Assembly (NCBI GenBank): GCA_048529485.1
Contig: DBGFJU010000042.1
Location: forward strand, 73-64,072
Source of the DNA: Collinsella aerofaciens
Lineage (GTDB): Bacteria; Actinomycetota; Coriobacteriia; Coriobacteriales; Coriobacteriaceae
Direction: 5' to 3'
Length of the DNA: 64,000 nucleotides
The translations under genes were made by a program, and so were the position numbers. Under the pieces are notes generated by a model that was given only the letters and a program-made list of their open reading frames with translations, searched no databases and was not told where the DNA came from. This document shows, in pieces, positions 50,086 to 59,274 of this stretch. Numbering within the stretch: position 1 is the stretch's first letter; each line of letters begins with the position of its first letter.

Positions 50086-51024
50086 TTACCTCCCCATTGC
50101 GCAGAAGAGCTCGCGGACAAGCTCGGCTGCCTTAATCGCGTCGTTTGCATCGATAACGGATTGGATCTTCTCCATGCTTACGGTCTCGATGGCGTCGTTG
50201 AGCAGATGGATCATCTGGTCGTTCTGTGCAGCCTCGCCGGCAGCGGGCTCGATGACCGGGAACGTGTCGAAGTAGATTGCGCTGTCGTAACCGTGCTTCT
50301 TCACGTAGTAGAGGAACTCGAGGGTCTTCACCGGCGTGGACGTACCAATCATAAGGCCATCGTCGAAGCGACCGTTGCCGTCGTTTAGGTGAATGCCGTA
50401 GAGCTTGCCCTCGCGGCCGAACAGGTCGGCGGCCATGGCAGGGTTCTCGTGCTTCATGAGCATGTGGCAGTAATCCAGCGTGACGCCCAGGTTCGGGCGG
50501 TCTGCAGCGTTGAGAATCATGCCGGTCATACCCATGGAGTCGATGAACGCGTACGCGCGCTCCTCGTAGGGTTTGTACTCAATCGAGATCTTGAGGTCGG
50601 GCGCGTAGTCGCAAACCTTCTGGAATGCGGCTACGAGCTGGTCGAAGACGCGAGCGTAGGCGATCTGGAAGCTGTAGTCGAAACCGTCGTGGCCGAGCCA
50701 GATGGTCACCGTGTTGCCACCGGCAGTGCGGCAGTAGTCGCACGCCTCGTAGCAGAGCTCAAGGGCTTCCGCGGCAAGGGCATCATCGGCATTGCCCAGG
50801 TCACCGTTGAGGAAGGCGTTGCGGAAGCGCAGCGCGCAGCCGTTCAGCTGCAGGTCGTGAGCTGCGAGCTTGGCGGCCATGTCCTCCGCCGTGACACCTG
50901 TGCAGTGCTCGGGGTAGTTGAGGTCGACGTGCGTGAGGCCCACGCTCTGGAACTCCGCGAACACGCGATCAAGATTCTTGTCGCCATCGCGAAAATAGGA
51001 GTTGATACGAGTTGCAAGCTTCAT
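50086..51024 (-). CDS. Xylose isomerase-like TIM-barrel sugar isomerase
   Basis: W.GHDGFDY.FQ, IEYKPYEER, LDYCH, HLND, DDGL, YFDTFP metal-binding motifs. Confidence 0.82.
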   Translation of the reverse strand: MKLATRINSYFRDGDKNLDRVFAEFQSVGLTHVDLNYPEHCTGVTAEDMAAKLAAHDLQLNGCALRFRNAFLNGDLGNADDALAAEALELCYEACDYCRTAGGNTVTIWLGHDGFDYSFQIAYARVFDQLVAAFQKVCDYAPDLKISIEYKPYEERAYAFIDSMGMTGMILNAADRPNLGVTLDYCHMLMKHENPAMAADLFGREGKLYGIHLNDGNGRFDDGLMIGTSTPVKTLEFLYYVKKHGYDSAIYFDTFPVIEPAAGEAAQNDQMIHLLNDAIETVSMEKIQSVIDANDAIKAAELVRELFCAMGR

Positions 51025-51403
51025 GCTTCTACGTCCTTTACCTTCGTCCTTGATCGTTTCTGCCCGTTCGAGCACCTGATCTATATCCGTAATTCGATAA
51101 GGGCCGCCGCCTGCGCGCCGGGGCCTACCCTATGCCATGTAGATTACTGCCACGTAAGTTCATTTTAAATCAGTATTTTTCATTCTATTTCTCATTGTGT
51201 CAGAGTTTTTCACCGTATCAAGCCATCTACCTTGTGGTTTTGCTGTTAATCAAGTTTGACCATTCTTAAATTATTTGATTTTATCTGAACTAATTTGCCG
51301 TTTATCGGTAAAAATCGACCGCTCACGGCTGACGGCGACGCAAGATGGAAGATACTTGCATGAGGAAAAGCACTGAATTCCCAGCGCCGATTCGAATGAC
51401 GCG

Positions 51404-51515
51404 ATTGGTGACGCGAGCGTCGACGGCCCGAATCTGCCGTCGGCCCCCACTAACCAAAAACGGCGCCGCTCACGCGACGCCGTCATATTCCCTGGTGCCC
51501 CCGGGCGGATTCGAA
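51404..51515. repeat. 112-bp direct repeat (att-like, contains the tRNA-Arg 3' end)
   Basis: Near-identical to 54580-54691; includes TGGTGCCCCCGGGCGGATTCGAA. Confidence 0.9.
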
Positions 51516-51701
51516 AACTCCCCCCCCCGCGGGGAAATTGGTGACGCGGGTGTCGACGGCGCTGAGCGCTCCGTGTTTTGGTATGTGGATATGGCAGCCA
51601 TCAACCTTTCTCGGCATGTGAAACTCTAGGCACATATGAGCATACCTGAGCGACGCAACACATGCGCTCCATCTATCCCAACAAGCTCCAGCGGTACCCG
51701 C

Positions 51702-51786
51702 ACTTCCCATTTCGTGTAGAAAAGGGCCTGTATATACTTCCCATTTCGTGTATTGAATCAGGTAACCACACTTCCCATTTCGTGTA
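51702..51786. repeat. Three 17-bp direct repeats with 34-bp period
   Basis: ACTTCCCATTTCGTGTA at 51702, 51736 and 51770. Confidence 0.9.
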
Positions 51787-51809
51787 TACAGCAGCTAGAT
51801 TGGGCAATC

Positions 51810-51975
51810 ATGTCAGTATTCAGACGTACGGCCTACAATAAACTCCTCGATTGGAAAGCGAGCAATGGATCCCGAGCCATCATGCTCGAGGGGGCCCGCC
51901 GCGTTGGAAAAAGCACCCTTGCCCAAGAGTTTGCGCAGTCCAAATACAAATCCCACCTCGTGATCGACGAATCTG
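51810..51975 (+). pseudogene. Truncated AAA-family ATPase (AAA_14/DUF4143-type N-terminus)
   Basis: FRR.AYNKLLDWK..LEGARRVGKSTL Walker A; similarity lost after about 54 aa. Confidence 0.75.
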
Positions 51976-51984
51976 TTGCGAGTG

Positions 51985-52018
51985 AAAAAAGAAGACCGGA
52001 GACTCAACTGGTCTCCGG
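51985..52018 (-). terminator. Terminator after the REase gene
   Basis: CCGGAGAC/GTCTCCGG stem followed by a T-rich run on the minus strand. Confidence 0.6.
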
Positions 52019-52046
52019 CCTCATTTCTAAAAAACGTCTCGTGGTT

Positions 52047-53261
52047 CTACTCGTGCTGTCGGGCTTCTACCAGCCTGCAGAAGTCGTTGACGCTCATGAG
52101 CCATTCCCTTTGCGCGGGCGTGTAGGTTTCGAACAGCGATGAGGGCACAACGAGGCTGAGCCTGTCCTTAGCCATAGCTCGTGTGTAATCCTCACTTACG
52201 GCGGGCTCAAGTGTTACAAGATGCTTGTCCTCGATTCTGTCAGCCTCATCAAGCACCTGACGCCAACGCTCCTTGATGGTTGTCTTGGCACCGAGCATCG
52301 TCAGTCGAGCGACAGGGAACTTGGGGTCGTGGTAATCGTCAATAGAGGGAAAGATGAAATCCGGCTTTGATTTGCCCTCGGTGTATTTCTGCGCCGAGTA
52401 GCGTATGCCCCTAGCATCGAATAGCATCGAGAGTTGATTCTCGAACGCCGTCCCCGCACGGGACTTGCGGCGCTGGAAGGCCGACATAGTGGTGCGCAGC
52501 ACGCCATCAACATCAAGCGCCGAGCCAAGGTATGGCGCGAGGTCGCGCTCCAAGAGATGCCGCTCGAAGACGCGGAACAGCATCTCTTCGCGTTCGTAAC
52601 AAGCGACCAAGCAGCCATCCGGGTCGCCCGTCCAATCGAGCTTTCCAAGGGTGGAAGCTGAGTAGGCTGAGAAGTCTGCCCCTTTGGGGAAGGACTCGCC
52701 GAATTTCTCGATCATACCGTCGAGGAAGTTCTCCGCTGCGATCGGCATGCTAACTTCGATGCCGATGGACTCCAAAATCCTTGCGGCGATCGACGTGATG
52801 CGCGTATCCTCCCGAGCAGAAGGCGTAAAACCCTTCTCGCCAACCCCGTCGAGCGCGAAGAGCCAGCGAACTTGAGATTCCGCCGTACTCCCCGCTCGGG
52901 CAAATAGGATTACGACCTCCTTGGCTTCGTGTAGGGCCAAAACCATGAGGTCGCCCGGACGGGCCATGCCCATGGCAGCATTATCGTTGTAGTAGAGCCT
53001 ATACTCAGTTCTAGTTGGATGCTTCCTGCGGGCGTCGTACCAAGTGGTATAACCATGGTCGAATATAGGGTCTGCACCATCATCGAGATATGCGAAGGTA
53101 GTTCGCATCCCCTTTATGTCATCGTCTCCGAAAAGCGCGCGCAAAGGCCCCACGCCGTTGAATTCGTGCTGGTGGCTTTTATTGGCCCCCATGATGTCAA
53201 CGCCCTCGAGGGTTTTCGCGACAGCACCGTCAAAATACGCGCCAAGTACTCCATAGTCCAT
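52047..53261 (-). CDS. Type II restriction endonuclease, EcoRII-like
   Basis: RRKSRAG..FEN, KPDFIFP, AKTT.KERWRQV PD-(D/E)xK motifs; N-terminal extra domain (SHQHEFNG, EYRLYY). Confidence 0.88.
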   Translation of the reverse strand: MDYGVLGAYFDGAVAKTLEGVDIMGANKSHQHEFNGVGPLRALFGDDDIKGMRTTFAYLDDGADPIFDHGYTTWYDARRKHPTRTEYRLYYNDNAAMGMARPGDLMVLALHEAKEVVILFARAGSTAESQVRWLFALDGVGEKGFTPSAREDTRITSIAARILESIGIEVSMPIAAENFLDGMIEKFGESFPKGADFSAYSASTLGKLDWTGDPDGCLVACYEREEMLFRVFERHLLERDLAPYLGSALDVDGVLRTTMSAFQRRKSRAGTAFENQLSMLFDARGIRYSAQKYTEGKSKPDFIFPSIDDYHDPKFPVARLTMLGAKTTIKERWRQVLDEADRIEDKHLVTLEPAVSEDYTRAMAKDRLSLVVPSSLFETYTPAQREWLMSVNDFCRLVEARQHE

Positions 53262-53262
53262 C

Positions 53263-54411
53263 CTAGAACACCTCCATCATCAACTTCGCGACCGAGCGCA
53301 CGACCGGCACGGTCACGGAGTTGCCGAACTGCCTGTATGCCTGAGTATCCGACACCGGGATGATGAACTCATCGGGAAATCCTTGCAGGCGCGCGCATTC
53401 GCGGGGAGTGAGTTTACGAGGGTTTTTTCCTTCCTGCCCGACCAGAATCTCGCTGCCATCCTTGTGGTACCGGGCGGAAAGCGTCCTTGTCGTGTCCTCT
53501 GGGCCGACCATCGAGTATCCAAAGCCGTGGCCCGCCGCCTCATGCTTTTCGCGATAGGCGCGCAGATAGGCCCATAGCTTATCCGAAATGGTGTAGCGTT
53601 CGTTTGGTTGCTCTTCGAGGATTTCCCCTAGCGTATGTCCCGGTCCCGGCACCTCAAGGTCATCCCACGAGAAGGGAACTTCCCCCCTGAACCCCACGAT
53701 GTAGATGCGCTCCCTGTGCTGGCACGTCCAGTTTTTTGAATCAAGCACTTTCCAGAAAATATGGTATCCAAGGTCCTCCTCAAGCGTCTGTCGTATGACC
53801 TTGAAGGTCTTCCCGCCGTCGTGACTCGTAAGGTTCTTAACGTTCTCAAGCAAGAAGGCCTTCGGGCGCTTGTCGCGTACGATGCGAGCGACCTCGAAAA
53901 AGAGGGTTCCCTGCGTTTTATCCTCAAAGCCGGTGGGTCTCCCCAAAGATTGCTTCTTCGAAACGCCTGCAAGGGAGAATGGCTGACAAGGAAAGCCTGC
54001 GAGCAGGACATCGAAGTCCGGTATATCGTTTGATGCGACCTGACGGATGTCGCCCGCCGGGGTCTCTCCATAGTTCATCCGGTAGGTTTTCTGGGCGAAC
54101 TTATCCCACTCGCAAGAGAAGACGCACCTACCGCCAAGCTCCTGGAACGGCATTCGTATACCGCCGATGCCCGCGAAGAGATCGCAGAAGGTAAAAGGCG
54201 CGTCGCTGCGCTCCCCTTGGTCAAATGGAGCCCCCGCATCGAGCGATGCGATAAAGGCGCATTCAGCCGCCGTTGGACTAGTATCCCCAGACTCCCAGCG
54301 CCGAACGGTGCGTTCGCCAGACGAGCCCATACCAAGGGCGGCGGCGAACTCCTTTTGGGTGAGGCCGAGGTCAATTCTCTTTTGCGCTATATCAGCTGCA
54401 TTTAGTTGCAT
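53263..54411 (-). CDS. DNA (cytosine-5)-methyltransferase with N-terminal HTH
   Basis: LGLTQKEFA..RTVRRWESG HTH; DLFAGIGG, GFPCQPFS, LENVKNL, QHRERIY, ECARLQGFP, QFGNSV. Confidence 0.95.
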   Translation of the reverse strand: MQLNAADIAQKRIDLGLTQKEFAAALGMGSSGERTVRRWESGDTSPTAAECAFIASLDAGAPFDQGERSDAPFTFCDLFAGIGGIRMPFQELGGRCVFSCEWDKFAQKTYRMNYGETPAGDIRQVASNDIPDFDVLLAGFPCQPFSLAGVSKKQSLGRPTGFEDKTQGTLFFEVARIVRDKRPKAFLLENVKNLTSHDGGKTFKVIRQTLEEDLGYHIFWKVLDSKNWTCQHRERIYIVGFRGEVPFSWDDLEVPGPGHTLGEILEEQPNERYTISDKLWAYLRAYREKHEAAGHGFGYSMVGPEDTTRTLSARYHKDGSEILVGQEGKNPRKLTPRECARLQGFPDEFIIPVSDTQAYRQFGNSVTVPVVRSVAKLMMEVF

Positions 54412-54579
54412 GGGACGCCTATCTTGGTTGAAAAACGGTCAAACTGTCCTGCATTTACCACAGCGTTAGTCTATCACCCCGAGCGGACATGTCTTCCCCT
54501 TGCTTCAGTCCGCCTCTAAACCCCGTAGCATCAACTGGGCTTTAGGGCTTGGACACTCTACCGGAGGGCTCTAGACGCA

Positions 54580-54691
54580 ATTGGTGACGCGGGTGTCGAC
54601 GGCCCGAATCCGCCGGCGGCCCCCGCAAACCAGAAACGGCGCCGCTCCCGCGACGCCGTCATATTCCCTGGTGCCCCCGGGCGGATTCGAA
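54580..54691. repeat. 112-bp direct repeat (second copy)
   Basis: Matches 51404-51515. Confidence 0.9.
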
Positions 54692-54744
54692 CCGTCGACA
54701 CCCGCTTTAGGAGAGCGGTGCTCTATCCCCTGAGCTACGGAGGC
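54669..54744 (-). tRNA. tRNA-Arg (CCT)
   Basis: GCCTCCG..TAGCTCAG..CCGCT CT CCT AA AGCGG..GGTTCGAATCC..CGGGGGC ACCA, 76-nt cloverleaf. Confidence 0.96.
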
Positions 54745-54967
54745 ATGTTGTACTAGTGTAGCAGATTTGCCCCTTGGCCATGTAGCGCATGGCCACTCAT
54801 CAAGAAGGCTCTGCAGCGAATTGTCGCCGTAGAGCCTTCTCAATAACGGAAAATTATAACCCAGAATAACGCAAAATAATGGGATGGGGTTTCCTCTAAC
54901 CACATGTAAGGGAAATTCCGGTATTCGGCTAAAAAATGGGACAAGCTTTCCCAACTGGCGCTCAAAA

Positions 54968-55013
54968 GGAAAATGCATCCCGGAATGAGAACGAATTCCG
55001 GGATGCATTTTCC
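54968..55013 (-). terminator. Long hairpin ending the mannose PTS operon
   Basis: 19-bp perfect stem GGAAAATGCATCCCGGAAT/ATTCCGGGATGCATTTTCC. Confidence 0.75.
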
Positions 55014-55031
55014 GCCATCTATCGCAGACGA

Positions 55032-55430
55032 CTAGTCGCCTTTGTGAAAGAGGCTTTTGATGGCAGCAGGGATGCTCTTGGCGCCCTTGGTCGTTACGTC
55101 GATAAAGTCGGGCGAACGCACGAGTCTATCCTCGTCCACGTACTTGCGCACAGCGCGCAGCGTCTCTTTGTCGTCGCGCGTCGAAAACGTAAAGTGACCG
55201 TTGTCCTTGGTGAAGATGGCAAAACGCGTAATCTTCTTGGTGCCGCGCAAAACCTCGGCGGCAATATAGTCGACCTCGTCCCACGGGATTTGAATATAAT
55301 CCTCGGGATTGCGCTCGTTGTAATACTCGAACGCCTTATTGCCCACCATCACGTTACCGTGGCTGGTAAGCCCCATCAGGCAGGTTGCCGGCGTTGCCAG
55401 ATCGACCGTGCTGTTCTGAGATTGCGCCAT
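55032..55430 (-). CDS. DUF956 (ManO-like) protein
   Basis: MAQSQNS, GNKAFEYYNERNPEDYIQIPW; follows the man operon. Confidence 0.85.
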   Translation of the reverse strand: MAQSQNSTVDLATPATCLMGLTSHGNVMVGNKAFEYYNERNPEDYIQIPWDEVDYIAAEVLRGTKKITRFAIFTKDNGHFTFSTRDDKETLRAVRKYVDEDRLVRSPDFIDVTTKGAKSIPAAIKSLFHKGD

Positions 55431-55550
55431 GCGCGCCTCGCCCTCCAAATAAAACAATCGGACCGCATCCAGTGTACCCACCGGGTGCGGTCCGTTTCAA
55501 TGGCTCAAAAGCCCTTGCCTAGCAATTCTCGGTCTTAAGCCGAAACGTGC

Positions 55551-56471
55551 TTACATGAAGCCGCAGACGCGACCGATGATGCCGATGGCGAAGAGAGCCA
55601 GGATGATGACGATCGGGCTGACCTTCTTCTTGAGGAGCTTGCAGACCAGCAGGGTCAGGCACACGGCGGCAAGGCCGGGGATGAGCTGATCGAGGTTGGC
55701 CTGAAGCGTGGTGACCTTCACCTGATCAAGGGCGTTAGCACCGATGGAGTTATACATCGTCAGTGCTTCCTTGACACCCTCAGAACCGGAGGGCAGGTTA
55801 GCCCAGTCGATAAAGGCGCCAGCAGACTGCGTGACCTTGGAGACGACCGGGGTGAAGGAGATGGACACCCAGCGCTCGACCAGGGCGCCGATGATGAACA
55901 TACCCAGGATGGATGCACCCTCGGTGACCTTGCCCATCAGACCGCCGGAGAGGTCCTTGGCGATGGAGGAGCCGACCTTGTAGCCAAACTCCTGCGTGTA
56001 CCACAGGAAGGCGTAACGGATGATGTTCCACGCGAAGAAGAACAGCAGCGGACCGGCGATGCTGCCGGACAGGGCCAGGGAAGCGCCCAGAGCGCCCAGG
56101 ATCGGGCGAAGGGTGAACCAGAAGGCGGGGTCGCCGACGCCGGCGAGCGGGCCCATCATACCGACCTTGACGCCCTGAATGGCGACGTCGTCAATCGGGG
56201 CACCGTTGGCGCGCTCCTCCTCGAGAGCGAGGGTAACGCCAATGACGGGGGCGGAAACATAGGGGTGGGTGTTATAGAACTCCAGGTGGCGCTTAAGAGC
56301 GGCAATCTGGTCATCCTTGCTGGTGTAGAGCTTCTTGATCGCAGGGATCATTGCGAAGCACCAGCCGCCGTTCTGCATACGCTCGTAGTTCCACGAGCCC
56401 TGAAGGAACTGATGACGGAAGCAAACCTTCTTGCGGTCAGCCTTGGTGAGCTGAATCTTGTTCTCTGCCAT
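55551..56471 (-). CDS. manZ: PTS mannose-family EIID
   Basis: SWNYERMQ, FYNTHP, MMGPLAGVGD, LDQLIPG. Confidence 0.95.
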   Translation of the reverse strand: MAENKIQLTKADRKKVCFRHQFLQGSWNYERMQNGGWCFAMIPAIKKLYTSKDDQIAALKRHLEFYNTHPYVSAPVIGVTLALEEERANGAPIDDVAIQGVKVGMMGPLAGVGDPAFWFTLRPILGALGASLALSGSIAGPLLFFFAWNIIRYAFLWYTQEFGYKVGSSIAKDLSGGLMGKVTEGASILGMFIIGALVERWVSISFTPVVSKVTQSAGAFIDWANLPSGSEGVKEALTMYNSIGANALDQVKVTTLQANLDQLIPGLAAVCLTLLVCKLLKKKVSPIVIILALFAIGIIGRVCGFM

Positions 56472-56487
56472 ATGTATCACTCCCCTC

Positions 56488-57306
56488 CTACTCGTAATCG
56501 TTCAAAATGTCGCCGAGCGGGTCACCGGAGCCTCCGCCCATGCCGCCACCCTGCTTGGCCAGATCCTTAAGGCCAAGGTAGATGAGGGCAAGGGAGATGC
56601 CGATGAGGCCAAGGGCGATCAGCGTGAGCTGAGGGATGGCAGCAAGGACAAAGCCGAGGATGAAGAACGGCCAGGTCTCCTTGGTGGCCATCATGTTGAT
56701 GACCATGGCGTAACCGACGGAAGCGACCATGCCGCCGCCGACAGCCATGCCGCCGGACAGCCAGTCGGGCATAGCGTTAAGCGCGTTGGTAACGGCCTCG
56801 GCCGGGATGATGCACAGAAGTACTGCCGGGATGGCGATACGAAGGCCCTGCATGAGGATGGCAGCGTACTGCCAGCGCTCGATGCCGGAGAAGTCGCCCT
56901 TCTCGGCGCAACCGTCCATGGCGTGAGCGATAGCGGTAGCAATGGTACGGCAGATCATGGTCAGGAACAGACCAGCGACCGACAGCGGGACGGCGACGGC
57001 GATGGCCGCGGTAACGGCCTTGGCCGAATCAGTGGCGCCGCCGTTGAGGGCGAGCACCATGATGATCGAAGAAGCGACCGAGGCCAGAGCGGCGTCAGGC
57101 GCGACGGCGGCGCCGACGTTAGCCCAGCCAAGGGCCATCATCTGGAGCGAACCGCCCAGGAGGATGCCCTCCTGAAGGTGACCGGTTACGAGACCGATAA
57201 GCGTGCATGCCACGAGCGGCTGATGGAACTGGAACTCATCCAGAATGCCTTCCATACCGGCAAGCAACGCGACAATCGCAACAAGCAGAATAGTGATTGC
57301 AGACAT
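56488..57306 (-). CDS. manY: PTS mannose-family EIIC
   Basis: QFHQPLVACTLIGL, GAAVAPD, GYAMVINMM. Confidence 0.95.
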   Translation of the reverse strand: MSAITILLVAIVALLAGMEGILDEFQFHQPLVACTLIGLVTGHLQEGILLGGSLQMMALGWANVGAAVAPDAALASVASSIIMVLALNGGATDSAKAVTAAIAVAVPLSVAGLFLTMICRTIATAIAHAMDGCAEKGDFSGIERWQYAAILMQGLRIAIPAVLLCIIPAEAVTNALNAMPDWLSGGMAVGGGMVASVGYAMVINMMATKETWPFFILGFVLAAIPQLTLIALGLIGISLALIYLGLKDLAKQGGGMGGGSGDPLGDILNDYE

Positions 57307-57324
57307 GTATCGGACCCTCCTTTA

Positions 57325-58314
57325 CTATGCTTGAGCGGCCAGTTCGGCCTTAGCTTTCTTCAACATGGCGTCGAGATCCTCGGAGGAATCCGAAGGAACC
57401 TTGCGAACCTCGAACTTGACGCCCTTGGCCTTGAGAGCCTCGAGAGTCTTAACGTCGTCATCGCCCATAGCGACGGCGTTGGTGACGACGACCTTGCCCT
57501 TGGAGTGAGCCATGGAACCGATGTTGACTTCCTTGATGTCGACGCCGGCCTCGATGGCCTTGAGCAGATCCTGCGGGTTCTCGAAGAGCAGCATGGCCTT
57601 GGTGTCACCAAAGCGCGTGTCCTTGACGACCTCGGCCATCTTCTTGATGGGAACGACGTTGGCATGGACTCCCGGAGGGGCAGCCTGCTCGATCATGGTC
57701 TTGCGGAGCTCGTCGTGAGCAACGCCGTCGGAAACCACGATGATGCGGTTGGGGTTGATCTGCTTGGTCCACGTGGTGGCCACCTGACCATGCAGCAGAC
57801 GGGTGTCGATACGGACGTGGGCAATCTTGATGTGCCCGTCGCCGATGACCGTTCCCGGAGGGATGGCGCCTGCAGGAGCAGCGGCGGCCGCAGCCGGCTT
57901 CTTCTCCTCGGGCTCCAGAGACTCGGGCTTGACGCGCACGCCAGCCTTAGCCTCAGTCACGAGATGTTTTGCGATCGCATGTGCAGTGTTCTTTGCGTCA
58001 AAGCGCTGCGAATATGCCTCGATGAGCATAGGCAGGTTGACACCGGTGACGATAGCCCAGGAATCGTGGCCCTCGATGAGCCCGCTGATCTGGTTGAACG
58101 GCGTGCCGCCCCACAGATCAACGAGGAAGAGCACCTGCTCCTGGTCCTCGAAGGAAGCGACTGCTTCCTCGACCTTGGCACGGAAATCGTCGGGGCCCAT
58201 GCTCGGCTCGAGCGAGACCACGGCAACAGACGGCTGATCGCCAAAGACCATCGAGCCCGTCTGCTTGATTCCAGCTGCCAAGTCCCCGTGGCTAGCAAGA
58301 ACAATACTTACCAT
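57325..58314 (-). CDS. manX: PTS mannose-family EIIAB
   Basis: ASHG, DLWGGTPFN, GVNLPML, RIDTRLLHGQV. Confidence 0.95.
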   Translation of the reverse strand: MVSIVLASHGDLAAGIKQTGSMVFGDQPSVAVVSLEPSMGPDDFRAKVEEAVASFEDQEQVLFLVDLWGGTPFNQISGLIEGHDSWAIVTGVNLPMLIEAYSQRFDAKNTAHAIAKHLVTEAKAGVRVKPESLEPEEKKPAAAAAAPAGAIPPGTVIGDGHIKIAHVRIDTRLLHGQVATTWTKQINPNRIIVVSDGVAHDELRKTMIEQAAPPGVHANVVPIKKMAEVVKDTRFGDTKAMLLFENPQDLLKAIEAGVDIKEVNIGSMAHSKGKVVVTNAVAMGDDDVKTLEALKAKGVKFEVRKVPSDSSEDLDAMLKKAKAELAAQA

Positions 58315-58651
58315 CACATAACCTCCTTTTTGTCTACGTATTTCCTACACGACATGAAAGAAGTATACCTGTTTGGATTGTGGAATTATAGCTAAATTCG
58401 CAAATGGTTGGATTATTTGTTTAAACGTCTAAGTTTGTTACAAATTGATTACATTGCTGGCTTATAGCTCATTGCCTGCTAAAACGTGATTTGCTGATTG
58501 TTTTCAAAGACATATAAAGGTGCACCGTTCGTTAAGACCGCTTTTAGGTGAATCCCAATGCGTCTGCGTGCCACCATTTTGTTTAAACAGACATGACTTG
58601 ACTAACCGAAGCAAATATGTTTAGAACTCTAGCCCATGTAGACATTAGATG

Positions 58652-59080
58652 TTAGGCGATGTGGAGAGGGTTGGCGGCGTCGACGGCATCGGGGGCGTCG
58701 GAGAGGCCGTCAGGAGCAGCGTCTGCCGGGTCCTCGTCGGGGGTCTCGATCTGTTTGATCATTACCTCTTGGCCCTGCAGCAAATAGGTCTCGCCGCTAC
58801 CGCAATGGGGACAGGTCTTGCCGTGCTCGACCGTCGCGTAGTCGCAGCCACACGCCTCGCAATGCGTCACGGCCTCGACGGGCTCCACGATAAGCTCCGC
58901 GCCCTGCGCGATAGGCTTTTTATCTGCTACCCAGCGCCAAGCGTCGAGCAGCAAGTCGGGAACGACGCCCGAGACCTCGCCCAGCAGCAGCGTGACGCTC
59001 GAAACGCGACGCACGCCATGAGCGCGCGCCACATTCTCAACATCGCGAATGATGTGATAGACGATTCCGAGCTCGTGCAC
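58652..59080 (-). CDS. hypA: Nickel metallochaperone HypA
   Basis: MHE start, GEVSGV, CEAC and CPHC zinc pairs. Confidence 0.9.
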   Translation of the reverse strand: MHELGIVYHIIRDVENVARAHGVRRVSSVTLLLGEVSGVVPDLLLDAWRWVADKKPIAQGAELIVEPVEAVTHCEACGCDYATVEHGKTCPHCGSGETYLLQGQEVMIKQIETPDEDPADAAPDGLSDAPDAVDAANPLHIA

Positions 59081-59274
59081 TTTTAATTCCTTCCGCCGTT
59101 CTACCGAACGGCGGTCGGCTTGACGCTGCGCGAGCCCCAGACGGGCGATCTGCCTTTCAATCGTCGGGCATGGGCAAAAGCCCTATGCCCTCCTCTTTCA
59201 AGGCACCTCGCCACGCCTGGGACTCGCTCGCTGTCCAACCGCTCTCTGCGCCGTTCTCCTGCTTGTTGCGTTTC

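Larger units (their letters stand above)
51404..54691. mobile_element. tRNA-anchored restriction-modification islet
   Basis: Bounded by 112-bp direct repeats overlapping the tRNA 3' end; contains REase, MTase and a truncated ATPase; no integrase. Confidence 0.75.

Noticed and set aside
51702..51786. CRISPR array
   Set aside because: Only three 17-bp repeats with 17-bp spacers, too short for CRISPR, and no cas genes in the window
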